64,000 nucleotides of DNA from Callorhinchus milii. Lineage: Eukaryota. Positions 10,201 to 23,500 of the stretch are shown here, in pieces. The stretch is from assembly GCF_018977255.1 (NCBI RefSeq), contig NW_024704769.1, forward strand, positions 3,906,001 through 3,970,000, given 5' to 3'. A model generated the notes under the pieces. That model did not search any database. It was not told where the DNA came from and saw nothing but the letters and a program-made list of their open reading frames with translations. The translations under genes and the position numbers were made by a program. The first letter of the stretch is position 1, and each line of letters opens with the position of its first letter.

Positions 10201-12832
10201 AAACAAAGATCTATTTCTACAATTATTCTTATTTGGTAAATATCCTTGGATTCTTGGGTGTGAGATCTTCATGTAGTATTTTCCCTTTGCTGGTCAGTGG
10301 AGGTGGGTGGGGGAATCTGGTGTTGCAGTGTCAGTGGTAAGCGATCAGCAGTAAACATCCTTTTCTAATTCAGAGAGAAGAGGCCATGGATCACGTGGCT
10401 GGCTACACAGTTGCTCATGACGTCAGTGCCCGAGACTGGCAGCTGAAGAGGAACGGCAAGCAGTGGCTACTGGGCAAAACCTTCGACACGTTCTGTCCAC
10501 TGGGACCTGCCCTGGTCACAAAAGATGCCATCTCAGGTACTGAGATCACAGTGTGCAGTCAGGAGAGGCACATTCCTCTTGGAGGGAAACATATAAAGTA
10601 TAAAGATGCTGTATCAATGTAAATCTGTTGTATTATATTCCTGCTAGAAGCAATTAGCCTCAGGGAATTACACCATTCTAGGAATAATATTAATTCCATA
10701 TTCCTGATAAATTTAATTTAGTGCTGCATTCTACCTTCCAAGTTTCGCCCACAAAATATTACAGTCAATTCACTTTACAGTATATTCTGTGAAGCGCTTT
10801 GAGACGTCTCAATGACGTGATAAGGCGTGATATCAAATGCAAGGATTATTATTATTACTACAGTTTTCAAAGGACTTGACCAGTGTTTATCTGATTTCCA
10901 GGCAGGTCAGAAGTATTGTCAAGCTATTTGCTATGACTGACAAGCCCATTCCTGATCTGACCAAATACTCAAAATACCTCATTATTTTAATACTTACGAT
11001 ATGAAATATTTGGAGGTAGGTTTCAACTGCACAAAACAGGCCCCCAAATTAAACCTGCAGTTTAGGAATTTGCTGTCTTTAAAAAATTAAGATTCCACAG
11101 AATTGTGAAAAAAATCTCAAATTCCTGTTCCTATGCCATAGTTCTCATATCTATGCTCTTCACTACCATCACACAGACTTTACTACAATCAGCAAGCATA
11201 ACCGGTTAATTATTATTTATTGCTTTGCAATCAGTAAGATAATGTGTATAATTAAACCTTCAGGCTTAGGCTTGGCGTCAACCTGCCCTCTGCAAGTCTG
11301 ACTCTGGGTTTTGATAACTTCACTCCTTTGTTCTCATGATTCGTGTCATTAAATCTCTGTGTAAAGTACACAGATGCATTCTCTGTAACAGGTCCCTGTT
11401 ACTCAGTGTCTAAGTCAATGTTTTCTTGGATGCCTTGAGGGGCCAATTCATCATAATAATAATCCTTGCATTTGATGCAGCGCCTTATCACGTTGTTGAG
11501 ATGCCTCAAAGGGGTTCACAGAATATACTAAAAAGTGAATTGACTGGTGAAACGCAGCAGTGAATTGCGCACAGCAGCGTCCCACAAACAGTCGTGGATT
11601 GAGTGAACGAATTATTATTATCATTTCAAGGGATTAGTCTTCGGGTTTGTCTTAAGGACTGAAGGACCAGAGGTAAACAAACTCCGTCTGTGTTTCAGAC
11701 CCTCACAATCTGGGTATCCGCTGTCGGGTCAATGGGAAAGTCATGCAGGACAGCAACACCAACCAGCTGATCTTTAATACCGAGGCTCTGGTCGTCTGGA
11801 TCTCACAGTGAGTCTTAATACTTCGATTGACTTGATCTTGTGCTACTTTGGGCCCAAACCCTAGGCAGGTTGGGTGCAATTGCAGAGAATGGAGATTGGC
11901 TTTAATCTAACCGGACAGATGTTATATATTGTCGCTGCTCCTCCTTTGCTGTGGGGAGGAATCGTTGTCTGTCTGGCATCTAAATGTCCTTTCCTTTCCC
12001 CGCCACCCACTTCACTCCCCCATGAGAATTCTAGGTCTTAACCCGTGTTACAACGTGACTTGGCAATAACTGTGAGAACGTAAATATACAATCCCCCAAA
12101 TCCACTCATCTGAAGCCAGGCTGCAATTACACTGGTGTGTTTCTGTTATTGCCGTCTCTGAATAATCCTCCGGTCGTGGATTGAGTGACCAAATTAGTAT
12201 TTTTTTGAACAGATTATTTCCCCCAGAAAAGTGATCCGCCTATCAACTGACAATCAGGTTCCTACTTACTGCTAGGTAAACAGAGGTGTGTGGGGTAAAG
12301 AAGCTTGTCTAAGGTCTGCCCAGCCCGGGAATCGAACCCAGGTCCTCGCTTGCGAGGCGAGTGCTCTAACTAATATGCTACAGGACTCCATGATCCACGA
12401 GGAACCATCTATTCCTGTCAGTGAAACCACAATATAAACAGTTTGTGCTCACTCTGAGGTTCACACGATCACCCACAGTTTATTTTGTTTTCTGTCACTA
12501 ATGACAGCGTTTTATTCCAATCCCACCAGGTTTGTGACCCTGTATCCCGGAGATGTGGTTTTAACTGGAACTCCATCTGGAGTCGGAGTATTTAGGAAAC
12601 CGCCTGTGTTTTTGCGGGTAAGTGGTCTAAACCTTTGCCCTCAAATGCTCTCAATTCAACTTATTTTATCAATGTTTGTTCCAAAAAACTCACTACCTCT
12701 GAAAATGCTGTTTAATTCAGCGCTCAGAGACGCTGCCTCGTGTGAAGTTGTTGTTGTTGATTTCTGCAGCGCGGCGACACAGTGGAATGTGAGATCGATG
12801 AGATTGGGACCCTGCGGAACACTGTCGTTTAG
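7210..12832 (+). CDS. FAHD2A: Fumarylacetoacetate hydrolase domain-containing protein 2 (about 332 aa, Arg-rich N-terminal mitochondrial-type leader)
   Basis: Exons 7210-7508, 8525-8741, 9441-9500, 10374-10536, 11699-11807, 12530-12617, 12770-12832 (999 nt including stop). All GT-AG with consistent phases. Motifs [76 protein letters not shown] and [12 protein letters not shown] match vertebrate FAHD2. Confidence 0.96.
7790..8080 (+). mobile_element. CR1-clade LINE 3' end
   Basis: [33 protein letters not shown]...[10 protein letters not shown] is the typical CR1 ORF2 C-terminus. The tail is also seen at ~14300-14380. Confidence 0.85.
8143..8465 (+). mobile_element. tRNA-derived SINE, near full length (internally deleted variant)
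   Basis: Same family and same internal deletion as 5451-5790. Confidence 0.88.
9783..10090 (-). mobile_element. L2-clade LINE 3' end (second subfamily)
   Basis: [17 protein letters not shown]-terminus with ...gaggggtgctgt..aatgcaagttgttgttg-type tail. Related copies at ~13100-13420 (+), 15825-15960 (-), 53540-53856 (+) and 58905-59120 (+). Confidence 0.8.
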
Positions 12833-13764
12833 GCTGAGCTGTGATTCTGAACCTTTCACACAAGGTAGATTTTTTTTGATAATCAGAATTAATAATTTGG
12901 TCACTCAATCCACGACTGTTTGTGGGGACGCTGCTGTGCGTGTGTGAAGGCTGCTGTGTTTCGTCCACAGAGTACAGTCACTTCACTTTATAATACATTC
13001 TGTGAAGTGCTTCGAGATGTCTCAATGAAGTGCTATATCAAAAGCAAGGATTACTTTTATATTAGTTTGCCTTTCTTGTGAAAATACTTTGAGACAACAC
13101 CTACCTCTCCGACCTGCTCACTCCTCAACCCACTACCCACTCCCTCCACTCAACCAGCTCCAGCCTCCTGCTTGTCCCTTGTGCCCTCCGTTCCACCATC
13201 AGTGGCTGCACTTTCAGCCACTATGGGCCGAAACTCTGTAACATGCCTCTATCCCTCTGCGTTGCCCCCTTCCCCATCTTCAGGTCGTGCCTGAAGACCT
13301 TCCTCTTTGACTGTGCCTATGGTCACCTCTTCCTGGCTCTGTGTCGTGCTCCACCACTGACCAAGCGTTCTGGGACACTACCCTGTGTGAGGGGTGCTGT
13401 GTAAATGCAAGTTGTTGTTGTTGCAATCTTCCAGTTCAGGCAGCAACAGAGGCCAACTTGTCAGCATTGAGCTGCACGGACCTTGATCAGTCTGAAGATC
13501 CAACTTTGATTAATAATTAAAACCTTTAATGGTCAGAACAAACTAAAGCATTCAGGCGTATACTGGAACTGTGCAGTGATTTATCACCATAAACTCTGTT
13601 TGTGGAGAAATAAATGTCTCTCTGTCATTGTGCCAGAGCTCACTGCAGATCGTTCCTCATCGATCGAGGTAATCCATCCTTCTCTTAAAATACGGTTGAT
13701 ATTAATACCACGACAGACTTTTGCTGTCAATGGTGATGTTGCCCGGCTGTTTATTACCCTTTCC

Positions 13765-13770
13765 AATAAA
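13765..13770 (+). terminator. Candidate FAHD2A polyadenylation signal (another AATAAA at about 13609)
   Basis: AATAAA about 930 nt after the FAHD2A stop and before the convergent GPAT2 3' end. Confidence 0.5.
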
Positions 13771-14007
13771 AGGTGACAATGTAATTTTAGTCATTAAAAG
13801 TAAACTGAGGCAAGCGAGGCATCATCTCCGGCAGACTGTGTCCTGAGATCCTGAGGTCTCCTTACATAAGCTGCTCGCAAACTACCTGTAGGCGAATGTA
13901 TCTAACACCACAGATCTGTAAACCGGCACAAACTGGGACTCTGTAGCTATACTGTAAATATCGCCATGAAGGAATGAGATATGAGTTGATGTGGTCACTG
14001 ATTTTGC

Positions 14008-14013
14008 TTTATT
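14008..14013 (-). terminator. Candidate GPAT2 polyadenylation signal
   Basis: TTTATT on + (AATAAA on -) about 500 nt downstream of the GPAT2 stop at 14514. Confidence 0.55.
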
Positions 14014-14513
14014 CAAGTGCTGAGACATTTCAAAAGATACAAAAAGCAAAGTTTAAACTTAAACATTAATGTGCAATATCAGAGTAAATTGGCTGCTGAT
14101 GTTTCCGCCCAACACTCCCTTCTTTTTGTCCAAGTCACATAATCTAATGCAAAAAAGCCTCCTCACCACAACAGGGCTGGTTTGTGTTCCTGCCAGCCAG
14201 CCAAGCTGCGGTAGGTGCAAAACAGTCACTTGAACACAACAGGAGAAAGGGGATTGTGGCTCACGTCCTGCCCCAACATGAGAATACAATACACATAGAG
14301 TTTGGGACACGACTGCAGGATGGTGGAAGACAAACTGGATGGACCTTGGTCTTTTGCCAGCAAATTCTTATGTTCTTATGACAAAGTCCATTCATGAGAG
14401 ATCGAGGGTTCAAAGCCTCCTGACTGCGTGACGAGACCAAGAACCCAAAAACATACCTGCTCTGAACCGATTCAAACACGAGAGAGAAAGAAGGCAGCGC
14501 ATTTTGTTTGGGA

Positions 14514-17500
14514 TTAACAAGAAAACTGTTGAATGTAGTCTTGGAGTGTCTGTCTGTTCTCTGGCTGTAGGAAGATGTCACTGAACGCCAGCACTGGCCC
14601 AGTCACACCCGGCTCCTCTCGAAGTACCTGCAATGGAAAGAAAAGTGCTTCATTGGCATCTCCGGCAGGTTATAATTATCTGTAGGAGAATCTCCAGAGC
14701 AGATTAGAGCAACGAGAAAACATAAAAAAAACAATAGAAAATACTAAAGCCCATAGGGAGATGGCAGTGACTATTGATTTGACATCATTGATCCCTCGGT
14801 TGTGATGAGTTAGCTGATTTTTTCAATAAGCCTCAGTGCCTTGGCCAAGGATAAAACACAGCCACACCTATCATTAATATCAGAAATCCTTCACTGTCAC
14901 TCCATTTGCAGCTAAACTGAAACAACAAGCTGTTCTTAGCTAATCCATAACAAATCTGTGAGACTAAACCCTCAGAATCCTGATGTCAGGACATTTTGAG
15001 GCTGGCATCTACTCCACTCGACTCCATAGAAGGTTTCTGTTTACTCCAGCTCTTGGATTAAGTCTAAAGTCTTCTCTTCATCAAGTCTAAAGAGGGTTTC
15101 TGCTGCACTCAGCCTAGAAGCTGTGATTAACACTAAAAGTTTGTTCTTAAATTCAAATGTAAATTCATTCACAAAATATAGTCACTCTACAGTATATTCT
15201 GTGAAGTACTTTGAGATGTCTCAACGACCTGATAATGCGCTGAATCAAAAGGATTATTGTTTTGTACAAAAGATATACAAAAGTTCTTTCTATTATGTGC
15301 AAGAGATCCATGGAATGTAATTTATAATATGAAAGAAATTTTAACTGAGCATTAAATATATTTTTCAGCTTCTTGGCGATACGTTTTTAAAAAGTTAATT
15401 CTCCCAGCAACACAAAGCCCTGAATCACATCAACGAATGGATAAGGGTTAAAAATATAATAAAGGATAAAGTTTATGAAATATTCATCACTTTTAATCTG
15501 CGAGTTCTGAATTTATTCAGCTGCTTTTAAATATATGTTTCAACTTCCACTTTTCTCAAAGGTAAAAACACATGATCTTTTATCAAATGTAAAACAGATG
15601 ATGTGCTGACGGGGAACCTGAGATTAAACAGCACAACAATGTACATCAATAAAACAATCAATAAAAAAAAATTTAGTTGGTGAGGGATTTGTTTTTTCTG
15701 CATTGAAAGTACAACGTACAACGTGTATCAAATTTAACATCTGTAAAGAAACAACGCCATCTACAGTGGAACATTCGCCAATTCATACTTCATTTATTAA
15801 TCTAGTTAGTTAAAAAATAATCAACAATTTGTATTTACACAGCGCCCGTCACACAGGGCAGCGTCTCAGGGCACCTGTCAGTGGCGGAGCACAGAGCTGA
15901 ACCGGGGGAGGGGGGAGGTTGACTGTAGGCGTAGTCAAAGAGAAAGGTCTTCAGGCAAGAATAATTCAATGGTAATAGACTTTCAGCCTCTGAAATCAGA
16001 ACGATCACATCCTCGATAATAACCCTGAGATTATTCCATCTTCCTTTTTCCCACAAAGAACAGTTTGTTACTTTCTACACAAGGACAGAACACTCACCCC
16101 CACCTCCTTGAAGGTTCGGACAGCGCTGTGAGCCAGGTCAAGCGTGGCACTTTCTGTACGACAAAGCAGAAAGTGGGTGATTTCACTGATCAACATACTC
16201 AACGCTTTTAAACAACAACAACCTGGAAGTGGTAGAAATCTGCAGCTTTCCAGAGTAACACTGGATGTCTGGAATAAAGGAATTATATCCCACTGTGATC
16301 TCTTGAGTATTTCACAGCTCAGAGCAGTGTCACTGAGGGCTCAATGCTCTGCCAACTATAGCCTTTACTAGTAGAGTAAAATGTTGTCTGTGGAACAGTT
16401 TCACTAACTCACTCACCATATGCACCCCGTTCCTCTGCCTGTGTCTCCAAATACTGTTGCAGTTCCAGCACAAACTCCGACTCTGGAAGAGAAACCGCAA
16501 ACCAAGCCACGTGAAGTTCATTCAACCTGTGAACTTTCTCCATCTAACAGACAACTGCACAAATGGATTCACGATTCATTTCAAATCAGAACTGGAGAAG
16601 GTTAAGGGGAGTCAGTATGGACATGGGTTCAGGACCCCCTTCAGTGGGGTGATCATGTTCAAAACCATAGCGGCTGCTTCCCCCCCTTCCCCTCAAGGCT
16701 TTGGAGGGTTAATCAGTACCTAACACACATACACTGAAAGGATCCCAGCTCGACATGTTTGTGAGGTGTGGATGAAGAGGGACGTTCAACCCATTTAACA
16801 TCACCTTTCCAGAACTCTCACCTCACCATCTTCCCATTAAAGCTGTGAATCCTGGCTTTTCCATCTCTTATAAAGACTTACTTACAGATTTTTGGCCTAA
16901 ACTTGCCTGTCATGATGGACTCCCCATCCCTGGAGCATTACAATGGGTAATCCGAGAATAGACTCAGGGAACTAACTCCCAATCAGTGTAGGAGAGCTTT
17001 CCTTGCTTTAATCTAATTTATAGGCACCCGCTGTCTATCTCCTGTTGTGTACTTGAGACTGTAACTGGTATTGAGGCAGAGCTCAGACAGCACAGGGATG
17101 GTAGGTACCTACCTGGTTTGGGGCTGTCCAGCCGCTGTAGGAAGCACATTGCTCTCCCGTAAGCTTTAATCACTGGCTCCAGCAATGCGCACAGGAAGAG
17201 GAAACACTCGTGGCTCTCGCTGGACTGGCCGAGCTGTGATCAAAAGGACAAGTCAAGCACCATCCTGACAGTCTGGGTGTGAAGAGTAATAACAGATAGG
17301 ACCCAGGTGGTAGTGATGAACCCATTATCCCGGGATACGTTATAACTTGCATTTATATAGCGCTCTTCTCATGAACGCAAGTTGTTGTCTAAGCAGATTA
17401 GGACATGTTTGAGATGACTCAAAGATGTGATAAGGCACTATATCAAATGCAAGGATTATTATTAGCTTCTTGTTGCTCTGAAAATGTGCGCTCAACCAAC

Positions 17501-20500
17501 CTCTTCCACCAGGGGAAGCCCAAACTATTCCTGAGTATTATACTGGGGCGCTTCAACCTCAGTTGCTCTTAATAGTGAACAGGGGCGGGGGGGAGGGAGA
17601 GAGTGAGCAGTGAATAAACACAATAAAACAATGAGAGAGAACAAACAGCGAAGATGCAGACAGAGAGTTGCTGAAAGATTTATAACCGCTGTGAATTTAC
17701 AGAGAAAAGCAGCAATGTAATCTAATGTAAAATGCATTGTAAGCAGCCGATAAATGAGATTGGATTCAGGGAGAGATGTAGACAGTGACCTAAGAGTGAT
17801 GATAGTCTCATCATTTGCAAGTTAAGCACAACGTGGCAACACTGCAAACAGAGAGCTGGGATATGTAAGGAGAGTACGGTCCGTGGAGGTTTCCCTGGAG
17901 TTCTTCTGGTAAATACCTTCGAGACTACACTCGGTGTGTTCAGCTTTAGCTGTAGTATCATGAAAGCATTAACAAGCCTTGGCAATGGTACAGAAAGGAG
18001 CGGTGAGACTGATTCTTGGGAGCGTTTGGGAGATTGGTGATAGTCACGTGCCTTAGCATAGAGGTTAGCGCACTCGCCTCACAGGCGAGGGTTCGATTCC
18101 CGGGTGGTGGCGAAAGTTTAGGCAAGTTTCCACGCACATGCAGTCAGTTAAATTGTTAGATCATTTTTGGGGGTAATAACCCCTTCAAAAATAAATTTAA
18201 ATAATGATTTGGTCACTCAATCCACGACTGTGTGTAGGACAATGCTGTGCACAATTGGCTGCCGCGTTTTGCCCATAAAATAGTCAATTCATTTTACAGT
18301 ATAATCTGTGAAGCGCTCTGAGATGTCTCAAAGGCGTGATAAGGCGCTGTATCAAATAATATCAAGGATTATTATTATTATTATTATATCTTTCTGTCTG
18401 CACCTTGAAGTACCGTTGAGAGAACTCGGCCTCACAGTCGCTGTCACTGTCATCAGAATCTTCTGTGACCTTCCAGCTCAGCTCCTTTGAAAAGCGTCTG
18501 TTCCACATGTCACAGGCCGGCCGTTTGTTTTCATTCTGTCACAAGAGACACGGAGAAGAGGCTGAAAGCCGCTGTGTGAGGAGGAATTGAGGGAGGAACA
18601 TAGATTTTTTCCCCCTCCCTTTGCCTCCTTCAAGGCCCTCTCCACCATCGATAGTTGGGCCTTCAGCCTTTCTGCCCGTCCTCTGGAACTCCATCCCACA
18701 GCCCCTTCACCTCACCTCCCTCACCTTCTTCAAGATCTATCTCAAGACCCTCCTCAACCGTACCTTCGGTTACCCCCCCACCCTCCCTGCCCTCCACCCC
18801 TCCTGATCCCAATCCCCAGCTCGGATCCAAATCCCCAACTGTCCAGCGCCTTGGGACATCCTCCCAACGTGAAAGGCACCGTGTTAATGTCATTTGTCGT
18901 TGTTGTCTCTGACCTATTTACTCACCTCCTCCATGACGAGGATCTCACAGTATGCAAGCTTGTCCACAGCCTCCTGGGCAAACTGGTACGTGGACCTGCA
19001 AGGCTGAGGAGATAAAAAACAGCGTCCGTGTCACTCAACACAGCCCAACAACCGCAGCAATAACATGGGGGCAATTACCGGTGTCACAAATTAGCCAGTG
19101 CACTGCCCAGTGAGAGAACCCAAGCCAAATTCCACAGACCAAATAATCCAACTGTGTTATTATAATAAAAATCGTTGCATTTGATATAGCTCCTTATCAT
19201 TGAGATGTCTCTTAAGTACTTCACAGGATATATTGCAAAGTGTAGTGATTGTGTATCTTGTGGGCAAAACGTGGCAGTCAGTTGCGCACAGTGGTGTCCC
19301 ACAAACAGTTGTGGAGTGAATATTGGTAAGAGCAGTGACTTTGATCTTCAGGTCACATACACACAGAGCCTGTCCTTACCGGGAGCAGCAGTATCTCACT
19401 GGGCAGTAAGTGACACAGCTGAATGCTCTTAAAGGTGATCTCCTCCTGACTAATCGCCACCTCTATGTTGGACTCCCAGTCAGTCACACAGTTAGCCACT
19501 TGTCTGAGAAGGGAGTTCAGAGCACAGGCTGAAACAACATGAGAAGCCAATGTTAATGAGCAAGCGCCATGGAGATCACAGCAAGTTTAATACACCTTGG
19601 ATTACAGTAAGAATAACAAATTACATTTACACAGCGCCTTTCACGTCAGGAAGACGTCCCAAGGTGCTGGACAGTGAAGGGTTTGCACCCGTGCTGGGGG
19701 TTGGAGTCAAGAGGAGTGGAGGAGGGAAGATGACTGAAGGCACGGTCAAAGAGGAAGGTGTTAAGACAGGCCTTGAAGGAAGCGAGAAGTAACTGGTTAC
19801 TTATATGAGGAGCAGCAGCAACCACTCACCAGCAACAGCCTCGTATATAAAGACGGGCAGGATTCCCCGGCTGTACACACTGAGCTCCCGCACAGCCCTG
19901 CGCGTGGGCTTCGGTGTCACTAGCAGGTCGTTCAGTGGGAAGTTCCTGAGAGTCACGCAGTCTCTCAGCAGATAGAGAGCGTGCAGCACCACATCCCGCA
20001 GCTGCCCTGAAAACCCCACATCAAAGTGTCTGGCCAGCACCTCCTCCGTCAGCCACTGGAAATCCCTGGCCAGAACACTGAGCAGAGTGCCCTGCGGGGA
20101 AACACGGCCAAATTAACACAGGTTTACACAACACACTGAAACTCATCTAAATAAATATATATATTTGTATATAAACTCTTCCCAGAAGATTCAGTTCTGA
20201 CAGCCTCTCTAATCCAATAAGGCGACTATCATTATAACATCATTCTTACCCCTCCGCACCCCTATTGTATAATTTTTACCCCCCCGGCCCCCCCCCCATA
20301 TGAGGCTGGTGTCACCATCTCCCTCAGGTAAGCCTGAGCTCATTTCCTCTCTCTACCAATGTAGTGGTGGTGTGATCACCACAGTGAACTCAGCAACTAC
20401 CGCTAACCACTAGCTGTGGAGTCCTGTAGTGTAATGGTTAGAGTGCTCACCTTGCACGAGGACCTGGGTTCGGGTCCTCTCGTGCAGAGTTGGGGCAAGA

Positions 20501-23500
20501 CCTTAGGCAAGTTTCATTACCCCACGTATGCGTTTACCGAGCAGTAAGTAGGAACCTGGCTGTTAGTTGATCGGCGGATCGCTTTGCCGGGGTTGGCTGG
20601 ATCACGCTGTGGTGCGCAGCGGGAGTAAGTTCCTACCTGTCGGTGTTTTTGTAGGAGGAGACTTGCCATGATGGTTGTGGACATGATGGCTGAACAGGAA
20701 GTAGCGGCTGTGGGTGACAAGACATGGCAAACTGGTTTCAGCAAATTAGTCAGAGAAACACGATGTAAACGGAGCTTTATGTTTTAAGTCGCTGTGTGGG
20801 GACAATTACAAAAGTGGCTTCTACTGCACTAGTTCACCTATGCTCACCTCCGCGCTTTCCCTGGCTCGGTCTCAGGCTCCACCACTGTTTAAGTGCTCTG
20901 AGATGCTGCCCTGCGTGAAGGGCGCTGTGTAAATACAAGACCCAGGAATCAAACCCGGGTCCTGTCACTTACAAGGCGAGCGCACTAACCACTGCACCAC
21001 AGGCCAGTTGCCTCTCTCTAGATCGCAGCTTGAGAGGTACCCGACATACACGATGCTGCACTGAACCAGATGGACAAACTACTCTGTGCTGGTTGTATTG
21101 GGTCAGACACGTGCTGCAAGATCTCATAACCTGCTCAGTACAGCCTCTCTGTGAGGTGTGCGAGAGTGACGTCCTGATGTGAAAGGCGCTATACAAATGT
21201 AATTTGTTGTTGTTTTGTGATTGCTGCTCACTGTAAAGCAGGTGTCTCCCCAGGCCCGTCACCAGCTGCTGCTGACGCCTGTCGAGCTGAGGCAGTCCTT
21301 CCCCGGTCAGAATCCAGTCCTGAGATCTCTCGTAGTACACAGCGTCCGAGCTAAAAGACAGACAGACGGTCAGACAGCCACACAGTCAGTCAGACACACA
21401 CACAGGGCTCTGCTTATTAAAGAGCAGAGGTTGAGTTAGGCAGAGAAAGAGCAACCTTTACAATTGGCCTAAACAGCTGAATTCTAAACACAAGAATCTA
21501 ACCGACGTTACAGCCACACATTGCAATTTACATTTATACACCTTTCACGATGGGAGGACATCTCAAAGCACTTTTGAGATCCCCGGGAATCGAACCCAGG
21601 AGACATCTGACTCCCTCAGTCACACCCACAGCAACCATTCCGCCATCTCTCACCTGGAGCCAAACATGCACGGCAATAACAACTCTCGCAGCGGCAGTGT
21701 AGAACTGCGCAAGCGGATCCCTTCGTTCTCAATGTAATCCTGGACCAGAGAGAGAGAATAACACTAATGAGAGCTCTAGACCTTTGCTGCCCCTCTGCCC
21801 CCACACACAAACACACAGACACCAAACAAGCCTTTTTGTAGCTCGGCTGAGCATCAATCACATGCTCGTTTGTTGTAGATTTAATTGTGATACACACTAC
21901 ACCTCACTGCAGAACCTTGGTGTTTTGTTCAACTCTCAACTTTAAACCCTACACCCATGCCTTAACCTGTTCAGCTGCCCTCCCCTTCCTAACCCACCCC
22001 CCACCCTTGGCCTCCAGCCGTCTCGACTCCAACCCCCAGCTCGGGTGCAAACCCTCAACTGCCCAGCACCTTGGGACGTTCTCCTGACATGAAAGGCACC
22101 GTGTAAATGCCATTTGTTGTTGTTGTTATGTACAGGGTTACTCTGAGCCTCGCTGTAATGACAGCCAAACTCAACTCAACACCAATAAGGAGAAACATCT
22201 GAGGAAAAGCCAGTTAAACCTATTTTCATTAAAGCCACAGCCTCGCCCACAACATACAACAACCGTGCTGAGCTACAGACAGGCACAGTGCGGTGCAAAC
22301 CTTCAGTGAAAAGGGCTGTCCAAAGTCCACCCGCACACAGCCGTATCTCCTCCGCACAAATCCTAACATCCAACACAAAGCTGCCCAGAGGCTGATGCTG
22401 TCAGGATCCTGCAACAACAAGGCATTTAGTAACACTGTGGAGTCCCGCAGTGTAGTGGTTAGAGCACTCGCCTCACAAGTGAGAGGACCCGGGTTCGATT
22501 CCTGGGCAGAGCAAAACCTTAGGCAGGTTTCATTGCTCCACGCGCCCGTTTACCTCGCAGTAAGTTTTTCAATTGGTGGATCACTTTACAAGGGTAATAA
22601 TCCCTCCCCAAAAATGTGGTCGCTCAATCCACGACTGTTTGTGGGACACCCGTGCGCAACTGGCTTTGCCCACAAAATACAGTATATTTACAGCATACTG
22701 TACAGTATATTCCATGAAGAGCTTTGGGACATCTTGACGACAATGATAAGGCGGTATATCAAATGCAAGGATTATTATCATCATTGTTAATTCTGTTCGC
22801 ACACAAACAAAATTTCTCACCGTCTGCTCCAAACATCCTCCCTCGATGATACGATCGTATGAGATGCCCACAGGCACCAGAGCGGCATCTGGTATAACCT
22901 TGGACTGAAAGGCTTTAAATACACAGGTGAGCCAGACCATGCCTGTGAGAGAGGGACGCACAGACCTGGGCACAGCCTCTTCCAGGTAGAGCTGCAGGTT
23001 CTCCTGTCCTCTCAGCAGCTCCTCAATGTACTGGGATAGAGACAGAAAGGCAACACAGAGAGCAGAGAGGTCAGTGACAGAACCGTTTGCTGGATAGCGT
23101 TCTGCACCAGGGTGCTTTTGTGGGTTTGATGCGCACAAATATACAGATACACACACGCGCCCGCACAGAGTTTTTCACAGAATTGTTCATGGAATAAGGG
23201 AGGAGGTGAGGGAGAGATGGTCTGAGGCAGTCAGAGAGGTGGGTTTTTAGAAGTGATTTGAAAATGAAGAGGGAGGGTGCAAAGCGGAGGGAGCAAAGTG
23301 TGCCCGGCAGCGATATCAATGGGCCAGCTTTGTGGCTTTAGTTGGTTAAACTTCAGCAGTTACCCCAACAAACAGTCTGGGCTCCCCCAAGCCTTGGCTC
23401 TTGCCAACTTGCACCCAATACTTTCCGGAATTAGGAACGCTGGATGCGTCCCTCAAGGGAGAGAGTACGTATTCCATTCCAACAATCTGTCTCTGGTATT

